Below are positions 44,781 to 48,009 of a stretch of DNA of 48,009 nt, one piece after another. Each line of letters starts with the position of its first letter. The stretch's first letter is position 1. The notes beneath the pieces are model-generated. The model was not told where the DNA came from, did not search any database, and saw only the letters and a list, made by a program, of their open reading frames with translations. Origin of the DNA: a virus (lineage: Duplodnaviria > Caudoviricetes); the IMG/VR virus record IMGVR_UViG_3300044530_000382, positions 1 through 48,009 of that record; one strand, 5' to 3'. Position numbers and translations under genes: made by a program.

Positions 44781-45067
44781 CACAGCCCCCACGATTCGTT
44801 CACCGGGATGCAAAAAATCTCCGATACTTCGGGTAATTCGACATCATCTATCGGCCTGATATCTGCTTTTGATGGGTCTGTTATAACGGCTGCAAATCCG
44901 CACGACTCCCATTTGAATACCCAAACAGCGCGAGTGAGATAGATTCGGCCATCCTTGCGCTCCACATCTCCAGCGAAAATCCATCCCCTATCTACGACTA
45001 TGACAGCACGATTGCCTTCGTGCTTTACGGGTGCGTATTCAACGCCGTCGATTGTTACATTGTCCAT
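44780..45067 (-). CDS. conserved phage protein (DUF6948-like)
   Basis: V.IDGVEYAP; VIVVDRGWIFAG.......L..A.....W....G; SD AGGAG. Family name from recall. Confidence 0.6.
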   Translation of the reverse strand: MDNVTIDGVEYAPVKHEGNRAVIVVDRGWIFAGDVERKDGRIYLTRAVWVFKWESCGFAAVITDPSKADIRPIDDVELPEVSEIFCIPVNESWGL

Positions 45068-45122
45068 TTCATTCTCCTATTATTGATGCCAGCTACCGGC
45101 TGGCTCGGGGTAACTACAAACC

Positions 45123-45791
45123 TTAACTCATCAGAACATTCCAACTCTCCGGGAATAGCTCGCCCATTATGCTGCTTATTCTCTCCGCTACATCGCGGGT
45201 TTCTTTCTGTGCATGAGGGTCGAGCCTTAGTCTGCATACTCTAGCGAAAAAATAAAGGCTCCCCGTCCATATCCATGTGGTTTCCGAGCAGACAGGCAAT
45301 ACAGCACGTGCCTGTTCAGGGCATACCCCCATGAGTAGCAAATCCTCATACAGCAGCGTAGTCATCTGCGCCCACTTATCTATCTGATCCTGCATAGACG
45401 GGTCGATCTTCACTAACTCATCGCTACTCCCTTGCTTTACGTTCTCTGCGGCTTTGCGCCATTGAGTAGGCATGTCGATCTTGGGTACGTATTTTACATA
45501 CCTTCTGCTTACCTCGTTCTCTGTGCCCCCTACCTTGTGCTTGAACAACTGAGAACGAATATAAAGAGGCGCGGTAACGCGAAGCGTTATCTGAGGATGA
45601 CTGAAAGGTGTCCAGTGGTTGTGCTCTGCTAGGTACTTTATGAGCCTAGCGTCCTTGTTGTGCAGCACATGCTTCGTTGTGCCATCATTGTCCTTGATCG
45701 TATCCCACTCGCTCTTCCTATCGAACGACACTCGTGCGTTATTCACTACAGACAGATCGCTTCCCATGTAATCAATCAGTTCTACGTTCAT
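45123..45791 (-). CDS. thyX: FAD-dependent thymidylate synthase
   Basis: GSDLSVVN.ARVSF, HWTPFSH, QLFKHK...NEVSRRY, GV.PEQARAVLP, LR..PHAQ.E. Confidence 0.92.
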   Translation of the reverse strand: MNVELIDYMGSDLSVVNNARVSFDRKSEWDTIKDNDGTTKHVLHNKDARLIKYLAEHNHWTPFSHPQITLRVTAPLYIRSQLFKHKVGGTENEVSRRYVKYVPKIDMPTQWRKAAENVKQGSSDELVKIDPSMQDQIDKWAQMTTLLYEDLLLMGVCPEQARAVLPVCSETTWIWTGSLYFFARVCRLRLDPHAQKETRDVAERISSIMGELFPESWNVLMS

Positions 45792-46026
45792 CCCGTTCTC
45801 CTATTATGTTCGCAGCATCCATAGCGAGGAGCCTGCGTTTCTGTTCTGGTGTTAGCTTAGGTAGCGGGCACCATGCGTAGATTGTCGTGTCGTTCTTGTC
45901 CCACATGCCTGCATAGCCGTTACCATACTTAGTGATGAGCCAAATCTTGGTCGCTAATGGTGGCTTCTCGTCTTCAATCAAGCGTGGTATCGGACCAAGC
46001 TCCGCAAGGTACTTATGCTGCTCCAT
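45772..46026 (-). CDS. hypothetical protein (DUF551-like)
   Basis: PP....I.L....G....G.W......AW.PLP pattern. Confidence 0.55.
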   Translation of the reverse strand: MEQHKYLAELGPIPRLIEDEKPPLATKIWLITKYGNGYAGMWDKNDTTIYAWCPLPKLTPEQKRRLLAMDAANIIGERDERRTD

Positions 46027-46174
46027 CAGGTATTTCCTCTTCGCTCTCTGGGTTCAACGCCTTCCTGATCTTATCCACGCATGTCATAAAAATCCTATAA
46101 GGGTGGGAACACCACGGCTCGTTATATTGAACCCGTGAATTGGATTAAATACCGCAGTGCCCCCATAACTCATC

Positions 46175-46483
46175 TTAAACTACGTCTTTCACGAAAATCC
46201 CATTAACCATTCTTCCTTCTCTTTTCCTAATCACTTCATAGGCTTCAGACAAGCAGTCAGTCAGGTCGGTCTTCAACAGGTCAGCAAGGATAATCAATGT
46301 CACGAGGACATCGCCCAGTGCGTCGTTTACTTCATCCATGTTACCGACTGCTACTGCGTCGGCTAGCTCTCCCACTTCAGACACACATTTCAGGCATTGG
46401 GTCTTGGGATCAGACTTAGCGATAATGCCCCTATCCGAAGCCCAGTCTAACACTTTTCCTTCTAATACAGCGTAATCATCCAT
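46175..46483 (-). CDS. MazG-like nucleotide pyrophosphohydrolase
   Basis: W..DRG, Q.LK..SEVGELA, DALGD..VTL, CL..AY..I..R.G.MVNG.FVK. Confidence 0.85.
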   Translation of the reverse strand: MDDYAVLEGKVLDWASDRGIIAKSDPKTQCLKCVSEVGELADAVAVGNMDEVNDALGDVLVTLIILADLLKTDLTDCLSEAYEVIRKREGRMVNGIFVKDVV

Positions 46484-46492
46484 AGCATTCTC

Positions 46493-46792
46493 CTAAAATT
46501 TGTCGTCGTCAAGGATAGTTGGGAGGATGATGCTCTCTTCTACCGTATCTCTGCCTAAGCCTTCTTTCTCCATCGGGGACATGTTGATAAAGGTGGAGGG
46601 TTCTCCTTGTGGCGTAACCACATACCCACTAGCCGTTTCATTCACTGTTGTAATCTCATGCGTCCTCATGTCGATCACATTGAAGCCATGTCCAGTCGGC
46701 TGCACATCAACAAGCCCGTCAGGGTGGAGCACAGTAAAAGCAGAAGCCAGTTGTCCGTAAACAAACAGCGAAGCAAGCATTAAAATTTTCAT
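46493..46792 (-). CDS. hypothetical exported protein
   Basis: Signal-peptide-like MKILMLASLFVYGQLASA. Confidence 0.55.
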   Translation of the reverse strand: MKILMLASLFVYGQLASAFTVLHPDGLVDVQPTGHGFNVIDMRTHEITTVNETASGYVVTPQGEPSTFINMSPMEKEGLGRDTVEESIILPTILDDDKF

Positions 46793-47328
46793 GACATCAA
46801 CACCTTTGCATCTATTTTAAGAAGTTTCATTAGCCCTTCGACTACAACCTTTCGTCCTGCATTGTACGCATCCCTGTGTGAGTGGAACATAGCATCGTTG
46901 TAGCCCTGACTATACCCCTGCTGGAACATGAAGCTCTTGGCGTTCTCTCCCTGCCTATCAATGTCGGATTCCTTGAGTGGCTGGCGCTTGGGGGTTACTA
47001 CCGCTGCTTCCTCTTCAACTACTTCCTCTTCAACTACTTGCTCTTCAACTACTTGCTCTGCTGCCCCTGCAATTCGTACTACATAATGCTGGTTGTATTT
47101 TGTAAGGTAGGCATCAGGATGTAATACATAGCGAAGAATGCCATTACCTGATTCGTCCTCGATGATGCTTACCGTTTTATTATCTAGGAAAGTTTTTACG
47201 GCTTTGCGTACTTGTTCTCTGTTAAGTTTTGCTCCATTGGCAATCTCTTCTCGAGTAAGTTCTACTCCTCGCTTCTTCATATATTCAAAAACTTTAACGG
47301 CATTTGTTTTTGGCTTTGCCTTACTCAT
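46789..47328 (-). CDS. winged-helix DNA-binding-like protein
   Basis: LTREEIA....LNREQVRKAV..F wHTH pattern; acidic repeat linker; GYSQGY. Start MSKAK is ATGA-coupled. Confidence 0.6.
   Translation of the reverse strand: MSKAKPKTNAVKVFEYMKKRGVELTREEIANGAKLNREQVRKAVKTFLDNKTVSIIEDESGNGILRYVLHPDAYLTKYNQHYVVRIAGAAEQVVEEQVVEEEVVEEEAAVVTPKRQPLKESDIDRQGENAKSFMFQQGYSQGYNDAMFHSHRDAYNAGRKVVVEGLMKLLKIDAKVLMS
47011..47055. repeat. 15-bp tandem repeat x3 (CTCTTCAACTACTT[C/G])
   Basis: Directly visible; encodes the EQVVEEQVVEEEVVEE linker. Confidence 0.85.
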
Positions 47329-47522
47329 TGTTCTATCCTCATTTCGCATGTGTCTGTGTCTTTATCTATCAGGGTTTCGCAATACGAAGGTTTCCTCGTA
47401 CTCATTGCCTCTATGTCTAACTCAATCTGGGTGTGCCTCCTGCATCCTTCTTTCTCATTGCATCCCTTACCGTGGCACCGTGTTACATCGTAAGGCAGGA
47501 ATCGGAAGCTTCTCGTAACCAT
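47325..47522 (-). CDS. small Cys-rich protein
   Basis: DVTRC.G..C.....C.R motif. Confidence 0.55.
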   Translation of the reverse strand: MVTRSFRFLPYDVTRCHGKGCNEKEGCRRHTQIELDIEAMSTRKPSYCETLIDKDTDTCEMRIEQ

Positions 47523-47629
47523 AATGATCTCGCCCTTGTGGTTTCCTGTTTGGGTAGTAGCGTTCTGCTTTGATTAACCAACCGCACTTTGCGGTCACTC
47601 TGTAGAATATGTTGCGATTTTTAGACGGT

Positions 47630-47839
47630 CTAAAAATCTGTGCGTCCTGCAAGTTCTTCCTCAGAAAATACCTTGTCATTATCTTGTCCTCCGTTTTCAT
47701 GCCACTCTATACACGCCTGCCACCCAGCATAGAAAGCCTCCCATCTGTTTGGCATTTTGGTTACATCCCTCATGGCATCTTTGTGCCACTCGTCGTATGC
47801 TGTTGTTATCTCATCCCTACTCATCTGCTGCTCCTTCAC
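47630..47839 (-). CDS. hypothetical protein
   Basis: SD AGGAG + GTG; YDEW...WEAF.AGWQA motif common in small phage early proteins. Confidence 0.55.
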   Translation of the reverse strand: MKEQQMSRDEITTAYDEWHKDAMRDVTKMPNRWEAFYAGWQACIEWHENGGQDNDKVFSEEELAGRTDF

Positions 47840-48009
47840 CTAAGTCTCCTTTAATAGTTAAGTAGTAAACATCCTCGCCCCAAAATATACCCACATCGGT
47901 TACATCCACTTGTACTCCTGCTATGTTTATCAGAGCTATCGAAGTTTGCATCCAGTTGGGCAGGGTGCGATAGTGGTGCTGTGTTCCCGTATTAAAATCA
48001 TAGATGTCT

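Noticed and set aside
44772-44800. GGTGCGCAT resembles the XerC arm of dif (of interest given the FtsK-gamma domain)
   Set aside because: No XerD arm (TTATGTTAAAT-like) follows, and it lies within a coding overlap.
46084-46173. 29-codon minus-strand ORF after the MazG-like gene
   Set aside because: Too short and featureless to support.
30527-47854. Many plus-strand ORFs in the right arm (e.g. 36717-37382, 35510-36073, 44451-44942)
   Set aside because: Antisense shadows of minus-strand genes, or artefacts of the hexamer repeat.
1-48009. Stop-codon reassignment or intron/intein-split genes
   Set aside because: Genes tile densely under the standard code with all three stop codons used. Polymerase, helicase, primase and ThyX appear uninterrupted.

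Overview
About 48 kb of a tailed dsDNA phage (Caudoviricetes, podovirus-like architecture), probably infecting a Proteobacterium. The host is an inference from the sigma70-type promoters and gene content. The terminase, portal and major capsid genes are not in the window. The left arm (1-30263, + strand) is a late/virion operon: a capsid-decoration-like gene fragment, small basic proteins, head-tail adaptor-like proteins, two tail fibres, an M15 endolysin and holin candidates, a tail nozzle/stabilisation-like protein, several low-complexity putative internal (ejection) proteins, and a 2480-aa polyvalent protein (tail lysozyme, FtsK-gamma, ADP-ribosyltransferase-like, HExxH peptidase, LPD38-like). 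Two free-standing HNH/AP2-type endonucleases interrupt it. The right arm (30385-end, - strand) carries replication and early genes: primase-helicase, SSB-like protein, SNF2 helicase, PD-(D/E)xK nuclease, family A DNA polymerase, VRR-NUC, two glycosyltransferase-like genes, ThyX, a MazG-like protein and a mosaic of small ORFs. The most interesting signals are: (i) an apparently self-contained ~80-nt small RNA at the junction of the two arms, with its own promoter and terminator and a G/U-rich, anti-Shine-Dalgarno/anti-start-codon sequence; (ii) an FtsK-gamma domain beside an ART domain in the giant virion protein; (iii) a recurring [YFH]-A-x-G-G motif across internal proteins; (iv) an SQxxxxTLNSV motif shared by three otherwise unrelated structural proteins; (v) a tRNA-like/C4-like structured element with candidate downstream targets. 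All family assignments come from motif recognition by eye; no database searches or computations were run.
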